A stretch of DNA of 64,000 bases from positions 160,001 to 224,000 of the forward strand of contig CM000435.1 in assembly GCA_000165345.1 (NCBI GenBank), in the 5' to 3' direction. Both the position numbers and the translations under genes were made by a program. Numbering within the stretch: the first letter of the stretch is position 1; each line of letters begins with the position of its first letter. Below are positions 53,340 to 63,590 of the stretch, piece by piece. The notes under the pieces were generated by a model that saw only the letters and a list, made by a program, of their open reading frames with translations, had not been told where the DNA came from and did not search any database.

Positions 53340-55577
53340 TTGGTGATGAGTCTTGGTAACAATGGTAGTGGGGGAATCAATAATGGAGGATATGAAGATA
53401 TAAGATTTGGTAATAAATCCGGTACCCATAATATGGTATTTCAAGATCTAAGTGGTAAGCATACAGGATATCTTGAAATTCAACAAAATAATCATAATTC
53501 TGCTCAAATAATAATGGATGATCATGAAATAGGAGGAGGTTCTTCTCAAAGAATGGATCAATTGGGAGGTATAACGCAAAGTAATAGTAATACAGGAAGC
53601 TTAGCTGGAAGTCAGTCCTCAATAGGGAGTCAAAGCTACCAAAGCCATAGTTTGAATTCCTCATCTACTTCTCTTCCAAATTCAAATTCAAATTCAAATT
53701 TGAACATGATAATGATGAGTTCTAATTCTGTTCAAGGTCATAATCATGGCCAGAATCGGAATTCAAGTTCCCAAATTCTTCGAAGTTCTATTCATCCTCA
53801 AAATTCCCATTATTACAATAATCCAAACTTGAATAGTTCTGTTTCCCAACCAGGCCCATCTCAATTTCAACATCAGAACAATCATATGCAACAAATTCCT
53901 CAAAATGTGTACCAGCTACAAATGCAAAACCCAGTTAAGTCTCAACAATCATCTCGATCTCACAGTGTGCCTCCATCTTCATCCCCATCTCCTTCGTCGT
54001 CTCCAACTCTCCAGGCCTCTCAGTTGAATGATTACCCTTCAAAAGGTTCATACTCGCAAAGCTCGCAGGTCCTTCAACATTCTCCGTCTCCTTCGCCCCA
54101 GTATTCTCAATCTTCCCATTACTCCCAGCCTTCTCGCAATTCTCATCCATATCAGCTTACGCAGCCGTCTCAGATGTCCCAACAAACTCAGTTACAGTCC
54201 TCTCAACCACATAAGCAGATCCAATTTTCTCAATCTTCTCAGGCGTTTCAGCTTACTCAGCCATCCCAACCGTCTCAGCCTTCTCAGCCTTCTCAACTTA
54301 CTCAGCCTTCTCAGCCTTCTCAGCCTTCTCAGCCTACTCAATTTTCCCAACTTACTCAGCCTTCTCAGCTTACACAACCTTCTCAGCTCACTCAACCTTC
54401 TCAGCTCGCTCAAGCATCCCAACTCTCACAATCATCTCAGCTTGCTCAGGCGTCTCAGTCGTCTCAACAAAGTTACTTAGCTCCTTCAAACCCTTTAAGG
54501 AACTACAATATTCCTATAGAAAAGGTGGTATGGGACTATTTGCATTTCTTGTATAGACAAAACACAGGAGTTTTGGGATATTTGGCTCCTTATATAGACG
54601 AATCATTTAATATCGGTAAATTTCATTGTTTGGTAACGGAATTCTGCAAAAGACAAAGGGTATCGAAGGATGCATTGATCATAAACTCAAAGAATTGGTT
54701 TAAAGAATGCCTAGATCAAAGAGAGGCTACTCAGAGCGTGGAATTGACTATAGAGTGCGAAATAAAGAAGTATGTTGAATCTAAGATCAAACGCTATGAG
54801 GATTTAGGCTTTAAACTAGAGTCTGATAAGATCTCCAAGTTTTATTGTAATTTGGTACCATACATGATCAAAAATCTTTGGAGAAGATTGGAAAATGCAA
54901 GTTATCAAAGAGTTGACTGGTCATCTAGACAGTTCTTAGGAAGTGAAGTAGACCCCAAATTTTGCAATTATGATATGGTTAGCAGAATTATGAGACTTAA
55001 CAGCAGCAATTCTGATGAATCTAATAGGGATAATAGTGAGACGGTATCTGGAAATAAGGCAATCAGGTCTCAGGATAATGATAAGGAATTATCATCCAGG
55101 GAAAAACACGAAGGATCTGACTATATGATGGATTCAAACTCAGATTCTGGTAACAGAAGGAGCCATCAAAGTATTATGAATGTTAAAGCAAATATTGATG
55201 ATCATCATGACCATTGCATAAATGAAATTGATAATTCTCAGAGTCATGGCCAAAACTACAGCCAAAATCAAAATCAAGATGATATTCAAATGAATAAAAG
55301 AAGGAATCCAGATGAACACGATGAACAGACAAAAGAGATGGTAATTGTTTCCAGGACTCAGAAATGGCTCTTAAGAAACGTTAAACTTGAAGATTTTAAG
55401 TACTTAATTAGAGTTGATCAGCTTAGAGAAGAGAATATATTGAGAAATTCTGCTCCATCAAAGCATAAGTCCAAGTCGAAATCAAGATCATCTAGTTCTA
55501 ATACCTCAGTAAGACTACCTAGGAAGACTCAGAATGTTATTTTAGACTACATTAACTTGTGTAATTTTAAAATTTAA
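53340..55577 (+). CDS. Hypothetical protein (745 aa) with a central Q/S/P-rich tandem (L/P)(T/S)QPSQ repeat region and a structured C-terminal domain
   Basis: Long ORF. About 25 degenerate SQP/TQP tripeptide units encoded by 9-bp DNA repeats. C-terminal ~330 aa is non-repetitive (…VVWDYLHFLYRQNTGVLGYLAPYIDESFNIGKFHCLVTEFCK…). Confidence 0.6.
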   Translation: MVMSLGNNGSGGINNGGYEDIRFGNKSGTHNMVFQDLSGKHTGYLEIQQNNHNSAQIIMDDHEIGGGSSQRMDQLGGITQSNSNTGSLAGSQSSIGSQSYQSHSLNSSSTSLPNSNSNSNLNMIMMSSNSVQGHNHGQNRNSSSQILRSSIHPQNSHYYNNPNLNSSVSQPGPSQFQHQNNHMQQIPQNVYQLQMQNPVKSQQSSRSHSVPPSSSPSPSSSPTLQASQLNDYPSKGSYSQSSQVLQHSPSPSPQYSQSSHYSQPSRNSHPYQLTQPSQMSQQTQLQSSQPHKQIQFSQSSQAFQLTQPSQPSQPSQPSQLTQPSQPSQPSQPTQFSQLTQPSQLTQPSQLTQPSQLAQASQLSQSSQLAQASQSSQQSYLAPSNPLRNYNIPIEKVVWDYLHFLYRQNTGVLGYLAPYIDESFNIGKFHCLVTEFCKRQRVSKDALIINSKNWFKECLDQREATQSVELTIECEIKKYVESKIKRYEDLGFKLESDKISKFYCNLVPYMIKNLWRRLENASYQRVDWSSRQFLGSEVDPKFCNYDMVSRIMRLNSSNSDESNRDNSETVSGNKAIRSQDNDKELSSREKHEGSDYMMDSNSDSGNRRSHQSIMNVKANIDDHHDHCINEIDNSQSHGQNYSQNQNQDDIQMNKRRNPDEHDEQTKEMVIVSRTQKWLLRNVKLEDFKYLIRVDQLREENILRNSAPSKHKSKSKSRSSSSNTSVRLPRKTQNVILDYINLCNFKI
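54251..54475 (+). repeat. Degenerate tandem repeat, 9-bp unit (CTCAGCCTT / CTCAACTTA; 18-bp super-unit), about 25 copies, encoding PSQ/LTQ
   Basis: Read directly: …CAGCCTTCTCAGCCTTCTCAACTTACTCAGCCTTCTCAGCCTTCTCAGCCTTCTCAGCCTACTCAA…. Confidence 0.8.
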
Positions 55578-55726
55578 TTTAATTTAAAAAAAAAGAAATT
55601 GGATTTATAATAGGCGCCAAATTCCACTAAAGATTTTGCATGCATGCATTTTTATATATATTATAGATACCCACTTATATAGTAGAAAAAAAAATTTAGA
55701 CAAATTAAAGTTTTATATATTTATGA

Positions 55727-57238
55727 TCATCTTATTACATCATTAATTACTTGTTTATTTACATGCAAATACAAGAATAGGCTTGAAATACTGAGTGAGG
55801 AAATAGTTAAGGTTAGTATTATATAGATCTTAGATAATCTTGAGACAAATATTAAAAAGAAAAGCTTGTAGATATTGATAATCAAGTCATTTGAAAGTAC
55901 TTTCCACAAAAAATAGGTAGATATATTAAATTCATGTGTCTCTTTATGTTTATTTAAAATGTAAAGACTATATAAAATGTTTTCAAGGGAAAACAAGTCT
56001 AGGTAAAATGCTAAATCTGCAAGTTGAAGAATCTTGAATGGCTTTATTTTGGTTTGATTCTGCTTGAGTTGTGAGGTATATTTCGTTAAAGCTACTCTAA
56101 ATGAGTCACTAGCATTAAAATGAAAGTAGGAAATCAGTCCTTGGGTAAAGAAAGTTTGGGAAAACTTGCAAAATAAAAAATTGTCTTGGTGTACACTTGG
56201 AAGAGCTGAAAGAAAAGATGTTAAGGAAACGGATAATGATGAAGATGATGATGAGGAAGAGGAGGGAAGATCTGAGAGAACTTGACTAGACAAATGGCAA
56301 TCATCTTTTTTTTTACTTCTTTTTTTACTGTGAATATCCATACTTTGGTCTCTACCAATATCTTGTTCTTGGGATTTGGTTGAGTGGAATGATGATGAGG
56401 ACAAAGGGGAAATTTGTTGATTCACTTCTTGGCATCCAAAATTATCTTGATTTTGATAAAGTTCTGCTTTGATTGTCGAATAATAGGAAGAGGAAGAAGA
56501 TGAGGAAGAAGAATGAAGATTTTGAGAACCAAAAGATGAAGTTTGTCCAGGATTTTGAGTGTTATTAGTTATCCAATTAAAACTAGAAGTTATATTTCCA
56601 GCAGCTAGAAAAGATCTAACTTGGATGACCAAGAAGCTTAAACGAACCAAAAAAAACAAAACTGATTGAGAAAGTTTTAAATACTGGGATGATAAGTAAC
56701 TGAAAAATATAATGTCAACAATTTCATGAAATCTACTTACGACACCTATTATACTGCACCAAGTATTATATATTCCACTAAATTGATTATGGTTAAATAT
56801 ATCATTTTGAAAGAATAGAAATTTACATAAATACTTTTCTTTATTAAATAGAAAAATTGAATAAATAACTCCAATTGTGTAAACTAATAAATAAAAGCTC
56901 CATGAATTATATATAAATATGTTTGATTTTATTAAGATGGTATCAAATTTATTATCAAAATCCAAAATATTTCGCGAGTTTCTTTGTATAATTTGTATTA
57001 ATAAAAAAACTAATATATTAAAAGAATATTTATAAAACAAAATCTCACCTAATTTATCCATTATTTCCAAATAACTAAAAAGATCAATCTTCATTTTTGG
57101 AACTGATGTCCAGTTATCTAAGTTTATGTTTGGATCCTCATTTAATTCTGAAATAATTATCTCATCAAGTACTGTTGAGAAGCTCAATTCATGGCTTCTT
57201 TCAGAATCTGTCAAAAATTCTTGATAGTTATCAATCAT
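55727..57238 (-). CDS. Hypothetical multi-pass membrane protein with a Ser-rich C-terminal half, 503 aa
   Basis: Several ~20-residue hydrophobic segments (…FNILVFLLIQIIQ…, …WSFYLLVYTIGVIYSIFLF…, …SVLFFLVRLSFLVIQV…), then poly-S tracts. Upstream at 57504-57577 are TTTTCCCGCC, TTTCCGGCGC and ATGCATGCAT. Confidence 0.5.
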   Translation of the reverse strand: MIDNYQEFLTDSERSHELSFSTVLDEIIISELNEDPNINLDNWTSVPKMKIDLFSYLEIMDKLGEILFYKYSFNILVFLLIQIIQRNSRNILDFDNKFDTILIKSNIFIYNSWSFYLLVYTIGVIYSIFLFNKEKYLCKFLFFQNDIFNHNQFSGIYNTWCSIIGVVSRFHEIVDIIFFSYLSSQYLKLSQSVLFFLVRLSFLVIQVRSFLAAGNITSSFNWITNNTQNPGQTSSFGSQNLHSSSSSSSSSYYSTIKAELYQNQDNFGCQEVNQQISPLSSSSFHSTKSQEQDIGRDQSMDIHSKKRSKKKDDCHLSSQVLSDLPSSSSSSSSSLSVSLTSFLSALPSVHQDNFLFCKFSQTFFTQGLISYFHFNASDSFRVALTKYTSQLKQNQTKIKPFKILQLADLAFYLDLFSLENILYSLYILNKHKETHEFNISTYFLWKVLSNDLIINIYKLFFLIFVSRLSKIYIILTLTISSLSISSLFLYLHVNKQVINDVIR

Positions 57239-57503
57239 TGTTATGCTAGCTAAGAAGCTAGCTTACTTGTCTTATGTTAGATTTTCTGCTTTCCCTAATT
57301 TCACACACTTTTTTTCAATTAATTTGCCAATTTTCTTATTTTTTGCTCAATGTTTAACCTGAATAACCATATTTATTTTAACAATTAGCCAATTTTGTTG
57401 AGTAAAACTTATTCTTATGCCTTAATCTAAAGTTAACCAGTAATTATTTATCTTTCTTATGCGCTTTTATTATATATTTTATTTTCTCCATATTTTTTAT
57501 CAT

Positions 57504-57577
57504 TTTCCCGCCATACATGCAAATTTCCGGCGCACAGCCCCCCACGAGACGAATTTTGAAAGAAAAATGCATGCATA
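57504..57577. promoter_or_regulatory. E2F-like (GGCGGGAAAA reverse strand), TTTCCGGCGC and GCATGCATGC boxes upstream of the 55727..57238 gene
   Basis: Three GC-rich elements lie 270-340 bp upstream of the start at 57238 and also downstream of the PGK stop. Confidence 0.4.
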
Positions 57578-57651
57578 CAAATTTCAGAGAATATTCAAAG
57601 AAAAAAAAAATGAAAGCTTCTAAAAAGCTATTTTAGTTTACAGAAGACAAT

Positions 57652-59063
57652 CTACGATTTAGATGACAATGAAGTAACTCCTGGTAACAACTTCCCCTCA
57701 AGTAGCTCTAAAGAAGCACCTCCGCCTGTAGAAACATGAGATACCTTATTAGCTGATCCACATTTTTCAACTAATGATGCAGTATCACCTCCACCCACAA
57801 TTGTGATTGAACCTGACTCTGTTGCTGCAACAAGTGCTTCAACCATGGAGCGAGATCCTTTTGAGAATTTCTCCATCTCAAATACACCTGGAGGGCCATT
57901 AGCAACAATAGTTTTTGAAGAAAGAATCAATTCTTTAAAAGAATTGGATGATTCTGGACCAATGTCAAGACCCATCCAACCATCCGGAATACCTTCAGAA
58001 TCCTTAATAATTCTAGCGTTTGCTTCATTAGAAAAGTTATCTGCAATGACAAAATCACTAGGTAATAAAATCTGAACATTCCTCTCCTTGGCTGTATCCA
58101 TAATTTCTTTAACAATTTTGGCTCCTTCTTCATCAAATAAAGATTTGCCAATTTGCATATTATCCATCACTTTTTTGAAAGTGAAAGCCATTCCACCTCC
58201 AATAATCATTCTGTCAACTTTTAAAAGCAAATTCTTAATCAACTGAATCTTATCAGCAACTTTGGCTCCTCCCATGATTGCTAAGAATGGTCTAGTGGGA
58301 GATTCTAAAGCTTTACTGAAATATTCCAATTCTTTTTTCAACAACAAGCCAGCAACTTTTGGTGTTAAATCAACACCAACCATTGAACTATGTGCTCTGT
58401 GTGCTGTTCCAAAAGCATCATTCACATAAATATCGCCTAATGAGCTTAAAGACTTTCTAAAAGCTTCAATTTCTTCAGGAGTTGCCTTTACTTTTTCACC
58501 ATTTTCATTTACACCTTTGCCTTCTTCTGCTAAGTGGAATCTCAAATTCTCCAGCAAAATAATGCTTCCTTCTGCTGGATTCTTGCATAACTCCTCTGTC
58601 TCATTACCTACACAATCCTTTGCAAAGATTACTGATTTACCCAATAATTCCTCCAAAATTGGAACTATTACAGTTAATGAGTATTCCATCTTTCTTTGTC
58701 CATCTGGCCTACCCAAATGAGAAGCCAAAACTACACTCTTTGCTCCGCACTCTAAAGCATATTTTATGGTTGGAAGACTTGCAATTATTCTAGTTTTGTC
58801 TGTAACTTGCCCATTCTTTACTGGTACATTCATATCTACTCTAATGAATACTCTTTTGCCTTTTAACTAAAATCATTTAACATAATAGGGAGAAAAAAAA
58901 ATGAAAATTAGTTAGTTATTCATTCAATATTTAATTAAAATATGTTGTAAAAACAACATTGATTACTTTTTTCTCTGTTTATCCTCCAAAAAAATCCTTT
59001 CACAAACAAATAACTTACCTCTGATGCAACATCAGTTATATTAAGCTTTTTTGAAAGATCCAT
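57652..59063 (-). CDS. PGK: Phosphoglycerate kinase, 2 exons: join(59019..59063, 57652..58866) on the minus strand, intron 58867..59018
   Basis: Exon 1 reads ATGGATCTTTCAAAAAAGCTTAATATAACTGATGTTGCATCAGAG ([15 protein letters not shown]) and ends at a GTAAGT donor. After a TTTTAG acceptor, exon 2 continues [17 protein letters not shown]…, matching the PGK N-terminus (…KGKRVxxRVDFNVP). The rest contains [28 protein letters not shown] and VGGGDTAS hallmarks. Confidence 0.9.
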
Positions 59064-59226
59064 TTTATCCAATGATTATACAAAATCAAAATACAAACTT
59101 TGAAAAAAATTCTCTATAAAATAAATAGAATAGAAATTGAAACCAAATTATTTATCTATTTATTATTTGTAATAATAAATATCCAACCACTATTGCAATG
59201 TACACAGATTTCGCATGCAACATGGC

Positions 59227-59265
59227 TGTGGGGAACACGTGTACTATATTCACACGTGTGGGGAG
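59227..59265. promoter_or_regulatory. Paired CACGTG (E-box-like) elements, each adjacent to TGGGGA, 165-205 bp upstream of the PGK start
   Basis: TGTGGGGAACACGTG at 59227-59241 and CACGTGTGGGGAG at 59253-59265. E2F-like TTTTGGCGGGAAA at 59479-59491 lies further upstream. Confidence 0.4.
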
Positions 59266-59849
59266 AATATTTCTACTAAAATTCGAGCACTACAAGTTTT
59301 TCTTTCCTATTTTCTTTCTTTCTTCCTTATACCATCAATTCTATAATTACTAACTACAATCTAACTTTATATTTAATTCAAAAACAATTACAATATTTAA
59401 ATAAACTTGAATAAAATCATTCGAGTCTACCTATAAAGAAATCCTTGAAAACTTTTGCTTGTTTTAAAATAACAAATGTTTTGGCGGGAAACTTGCGCCT
59501 CGGTTAGAAATTATTTTTAATAAGAATTAATTTATAAGTATAGAAAATCAACATTATGAAATTAGAAATGCACTAGCTTGTTGAACTGAATAAGTAAGTG
59601 CAGAGAACTCTGCTTTTTACAGGTGTTAAACTTCACACCTATGCTTATTTAGTATGGTATATAGTGCTAAAATAGCAATTTGCAAGTAGATTGCAAAGAC
59701 GATAATAGAACCTATATTAAAGTAAGATTTCGAATTTAATATGGTACTTGAGTATCGTACAGATATGAAACATGCAAAATGGTAGGTAAATAAGTATAAA
59801 AAAAATAGTTAATTGCTTTACTAATTTATTATTATTATTATTATTAGTA

Positions 59850-62800
59850 TTAGATGGATAAAGCGAGAATAGGTAGATTAGAGATTTCAATGATTTCTTT
59901 TGAAATTTGATCTTTCAAGTATTTAACTTGAAGCATAAACTTGTGTTCATGATTTTGTTGATTATAAGTTGTGACAAATTTTCTGGAATTTATATCATAG
60001 GAATTGATAATTTTGTTCAGTAATTTAGATTTGGAAAAAGAGTAGTTTTCAATTGAGAAATTTGAAGAATTCAAGTTAAGAGATTCAGTATCAGAATTGC
60101 TGGATATAATTGATCTAATTATAAGTAATTTTACCAAATTAATGATTTGCTTATTAAATATTCCAGAGAACTTGTTCAAATTATCTATATTATCAAAATT
60201 ATCAAGATAAGATTCAATATTATTGAATGTTCCAGTAATTATTGAAATCTTGACCAAATTACAAAGGCTTTCGATATCATTGATATTATTAAAATTCATA
60301 GATGAAATATAATTTTGAAAATGAGTATTGATATTATCAATATTTAAATTCTCAATACCAGTAAATATTTGGAGTTGTTTAATAATAGCATCCAGTATAT
60401 TATTTCTATATTCTGTTGATATATTATCAATACCATTTTTCATATTGTTGAATATTTTTGTGTAAAAATGAGTTAGTAAAATAGGGAAAACTCCTATTTG
60501 GTTTTCTCTAATATATGAATTTTCTAATGTATATACTCTGTAAATTGATTTACTACAAACTAAAATGCAAGTCTCCATAGATAATTTTCCAAGAATCTTC
60601 TGTGAACAGTAGTAATGAATATATATTGGAATATAACTTTGTGTATTAAATATGCAATCCTTTCTATAATTCTGTATAATTTCATGAGATTTGCTCCAAT
60701 TTTGTTCAGAGTCTTTAACAAATTCTAAAGTCTCTTTTAAACTTTCGTTTTCATCACCACCTTTATTTTTGTTCTTTTGTTTATCTTTTTTAGAATTGAT
60801 TTGAGATAATTCTAATTTACCATGAACTATCTTGTAAATATTAATCCAAACCTTTCTCCAAAATATGACACTTATTTTTCGATAATTTGTATTGCAAAAG
60901 AGTTTATCCTGCATATTAATGAAATCAAGATACCTACATAGTGTCATTTTTCTTAAACAATATAAATGATAATCGTATTGATCAGTCTTCATAATTTCCA
61001 TTGAGTCCAATAATCTTAAATAATGATCAAAAGTCATCACATAGCCATCGATACTTGAATCAAATAATTCCAGGCTCTTCACAACCCTTTTTTCATACCA
61101 GATCATTTGCAAATTTTTAATTTCTGTTTCATTTGAGGGTACAACTTCGCTTTCTTTTGACTTTGATTGATCAGATATACGCGTCATAAATTTCTTTAAT
61201 AATTCCTTAGCCTCGTTAAAATCTCCATTTTCCAAACAAGCACAAATTGTACGAGTATTAAGGTACCTGTCATTTATATCCATTAATCTCGCATGATCAA
61301 TTGCATTAGTTGCTTCATCAAACCTATAAAGATGTTTTAAAAGTCTTCGTTTAATGTTAAACGTATCAGGTTTTTTATCGTCTAATTTCAAAGCTTTTTC
61401 AATATAATTTAATCCTTCTAATGAAAGGCCCATGCAATCCAAATGTTGAGAATATATTAAATACAGAGTAATCAATTCATCTTTATCAGCTTCGCCTTTT
61501 TCATATAAATTTTCATATTCACTTACAATATTATTCAATTCTGAATGAATCAAGAATTTCTTTTTACTATCCAATTTAATTAAGTAACCAATTAATGATT
61601 TTAAGGCAGTAATTCTGCTCTTAAGTTTACTTTTTAAGTAACTTCTAAACTTTCTAAGAAATTCTTCTCCATTTGAAAATGCTAATTCTATCCTTAAAAT
61701 AGTATCACTATTGGGAAACTGGGACTTCTTTTCCTGGAAAAACTGTTCAATCTTTCTCAAAGAATTTTCATATTCGACCTTTTTTTCTGCTAATTCAGAA
61801 TCTTCATAAATAATAAACTCCAGAACAGGATTTGTAATATTACTGGATGCTTTATAGCCATAATCACATTCAATTTCTTTTGAATTTAATCTTTTATGTT
61901 CCAAATGCTTATTTCTTCCAATATTATCATTAGTTAGCAAAGGAAAGTATATTATACCAGATGTACCTCTTGTGTGGAAAAAGTTTGATCCTATGCTACA
62001 TATTGGAATAACAGCTTCATTTCCAGATGAGACACTTTCATCTTCACTTTCTTGAAGCCTAAATCCTTTGATTTGGTGAGCTGGTAAATGTGGAGGGGAT
62101 AATACCACATTATTTAGAGATTTATTTGTAATCATACAGCCAAATAAAGCATAATCATCATCTGGATAAAGCTCTAGAAGATTATTAAAACATTCAGAAC
62201 ACTCTTTAGTATAATTTTGATTACATTTGACCAAAAGATTCCCCATTATATTGTAGTAATCAGTCTTGTCAAGAATAAACTCTTTGTTTGATCTTAAAAA
62301 GTTATAAGCTTGTTGATATTTTTTTCCATCTAATAATACTCTCACAAAGTATAAAAGTAGTTCGGATCTTTGAAATGGTTCTAAAAATGAGAATAATACT
62401 CCATAATTGTTTTCATCTAGAGATGTCCTTTTTGAATGAATATTACCATTTTCTGAGGAACCAAACTGATCAATAGAAAGTAAACAATTAATTGCTGAGT
62501 TAATATACCCACAAAAATGATTACCAAGTGCAGAGGCTATCCAATTTGTTCTGATATCAGGGCGAATTCTCTTGATCTCGTTTCTGATATCTCTAAAGCC
62601 TTGGTAATTTCGTATTTGAATAAGACATGTTGCCAAATCTCTTAAAACTACCAAATCTTCTTTGTCAAACTTTAAAGCTGTCTTAAAACATTTGATTGCC
62701 TCATTGTAATCAAAATCACCTTTATATAATGTTCCAAGACAATGCCAACTCATTGGGTTCCTCATATTCTGTTTTATTGCTTCTTTTGCACATTCATATG

Positions 62801-63020
62801 CTTCTTTATGTTTCTCGTCCTTACTCTCAGGATGCATTGCACCTAATATAAAAGCTTTCATAGACAACAAATCTCCTTGTTTTGGATACTTTTTCAACAT
62901 TGTCTCAGTAAGCTTTAGTGATCGCTTATATATTCTTTGATCATATAGTTGAACAATATTCTTAAACTGTTGCTGGTCTCTTGTACTAAGAGTGGCAAGA
63001 TTTGGAATTTCCTTACTCAT
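59850..63020 (-). CDS. NAA15: N-alpha-acetyltransferase NatA auxiliary subunit (NAA15/Nat1, TPR protein), 1056 aa
   Basis: …YDQRIYKRSLKLTETMLKKYPKQGDLLSMKAFILG…SWHCLGTLYKGDFDYNEAIKCFKTALKFDKEDLVVLRDLATCLIQIRNYQGFRDIRNEIKRIRPDIRTNWIASALGNHF closely parallels NAA15 (…YEHKQYRNGLKFCKQIL…[64 protein letters not shown]…SWIGYAIAYHL). Confidence 0.8.
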   Translation of the reverse strand: MSKEIPNLATLSTRDQQQFKNIVQLYDQRIYKRSLKLTETMLKKYPKQGDLLSMKAFILGAMHPESKDEKHKEAYECAKEAIKQNMRNPMSWHCLGTLYKGDFDYNEAIKCFKTALKFDKEDLVVLRDLATCLIQIRNYQGFRDIRNEIKRIRPDIRTNWIASALGNHFCGYINSAINCLLSIDQFGSSENGNIHSKRTSLDENNYGVLFSFLEPFQRSELLLYFVRVLLDGKKYQQAYNFLRSNKEFILDKTDYYNIMGNLLVKCNQNYTKECSECFNNLLELYPDDDYALFGCMITNKSLNNVVLSPPHLPAHQIKGFRLQESEDESVSSGNEAVIPICSIGSNFFHTRGTSGIIYFPLLTNDNIGRNKHLEHKRLNSKEIECDYGYKASSNITNPVLEFIIYEDSELAEKKVEYENSLRKIEQFFQEKKSQFPNSDTILRIELAFSNGEEFLRKFRSYLKSKLKSRITALKSLIGYLIKLDSKKKFLIHSELNNIVSEYENLYEKGEADKDELITLYLIYSQHLDCMGLSLEGLNYIEKALKLDDKKPDTFNIKRRLLKHLYRFDEATNAIDHARLMDINDRYLNTRTICACLENGDFNEAKELLKKFMTRISDQSKSKESEVVPSNETEIKNLQMIWYEKRVVKSLELFDSSIDGYVMTFDHYLRLLDSMEIMKTDQYDYHLYCLRKMTLCRYLDFINMQDKLFCNTNYRKISVIFWRKVWINIYKIVHGKLELSQINSKKDKQKNKNKGGDENESLKETLEFVKDSEQNWSKSHEIIQNYRKDCIFNTQSYIPIYIHYYCSQKILGKLSMETCILVCSKSIYRVYTLENSYIRENQIGVFPILLTHFYTKIFNNMKNGIDNISTEYRNNILDAIIKQLQIFTGIENLNIDNINTHFQNYISSMNFNNINDIESLCNLVKISIITGTFNNIESYLDNFDNIDNLNKFSGIFNKQIINLVKLLIIRSIISSNSDTESLNLNSSNFSIENYSFSKSKLLNKIINSYDINSRKFVTTYNQQNHEHKFMLQVKYLKDQISKEIIEISNLPILALSI

Positions 63021-63330
63021 CTTTTTTCCCCTACTTTTCTTTCTTTCACTCTCTCACGGAATTTTAGTTTTTAAGTATCCAATTATGCCAATTAAATGTG
63101 AATATAGAATTTAATTTCTGATTAAATATGACTAATAAATTGTTTCAGAACTAGCAAACAATGATCTTCCTTATTCTAAAATATTACATAGAAACTCTTT
63201 GCAAAATTGAGTTTAAGAGAATCACAATATTAATATTTCCAATTGCTCTTCAAATTTCACTCTTTTATAGTTAATGTCAATTTTACACTTCCAAAACTTT
63301 TTTTGCAAACCCCCAACCACACTTCAACAG

Positions 63331-63416
63331 GTGCCGCCAATTATAGCTATTTTTTTTTCATGTTAATGAGTTGTAATTTAAAAAATGTATTTTAAACCAA
63401 GTAAGTTTGGGCGGGT
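63331..63416. promoter_or_regulatory. E2F-like variants GTGCCGCCAATT (63331-63342) and TTTGGGCGGG (63407-63416) in the divergent spacer between NAA15 (-) and the seipin-like gene (+)
   Basis: Only GC-rich elements in the 570-bp spacer. Confidence 0.35.
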
Positions 63417-63590
63417 TCATGTGAGAATTTAATTAAAAGGCTTTAAGAAGTTAATAAAAGCTTGCAGTGGTTTCTTAATTTGCAGGTATTATAGTCCGTG
63501 GAATTAATGATCACGTTAGCAGAAGAGTGAGTAGCCAGTCAAATTCTTTAGTTTAATACTTGTTAAATTGCAAACGAAAATCAAGCTGTG

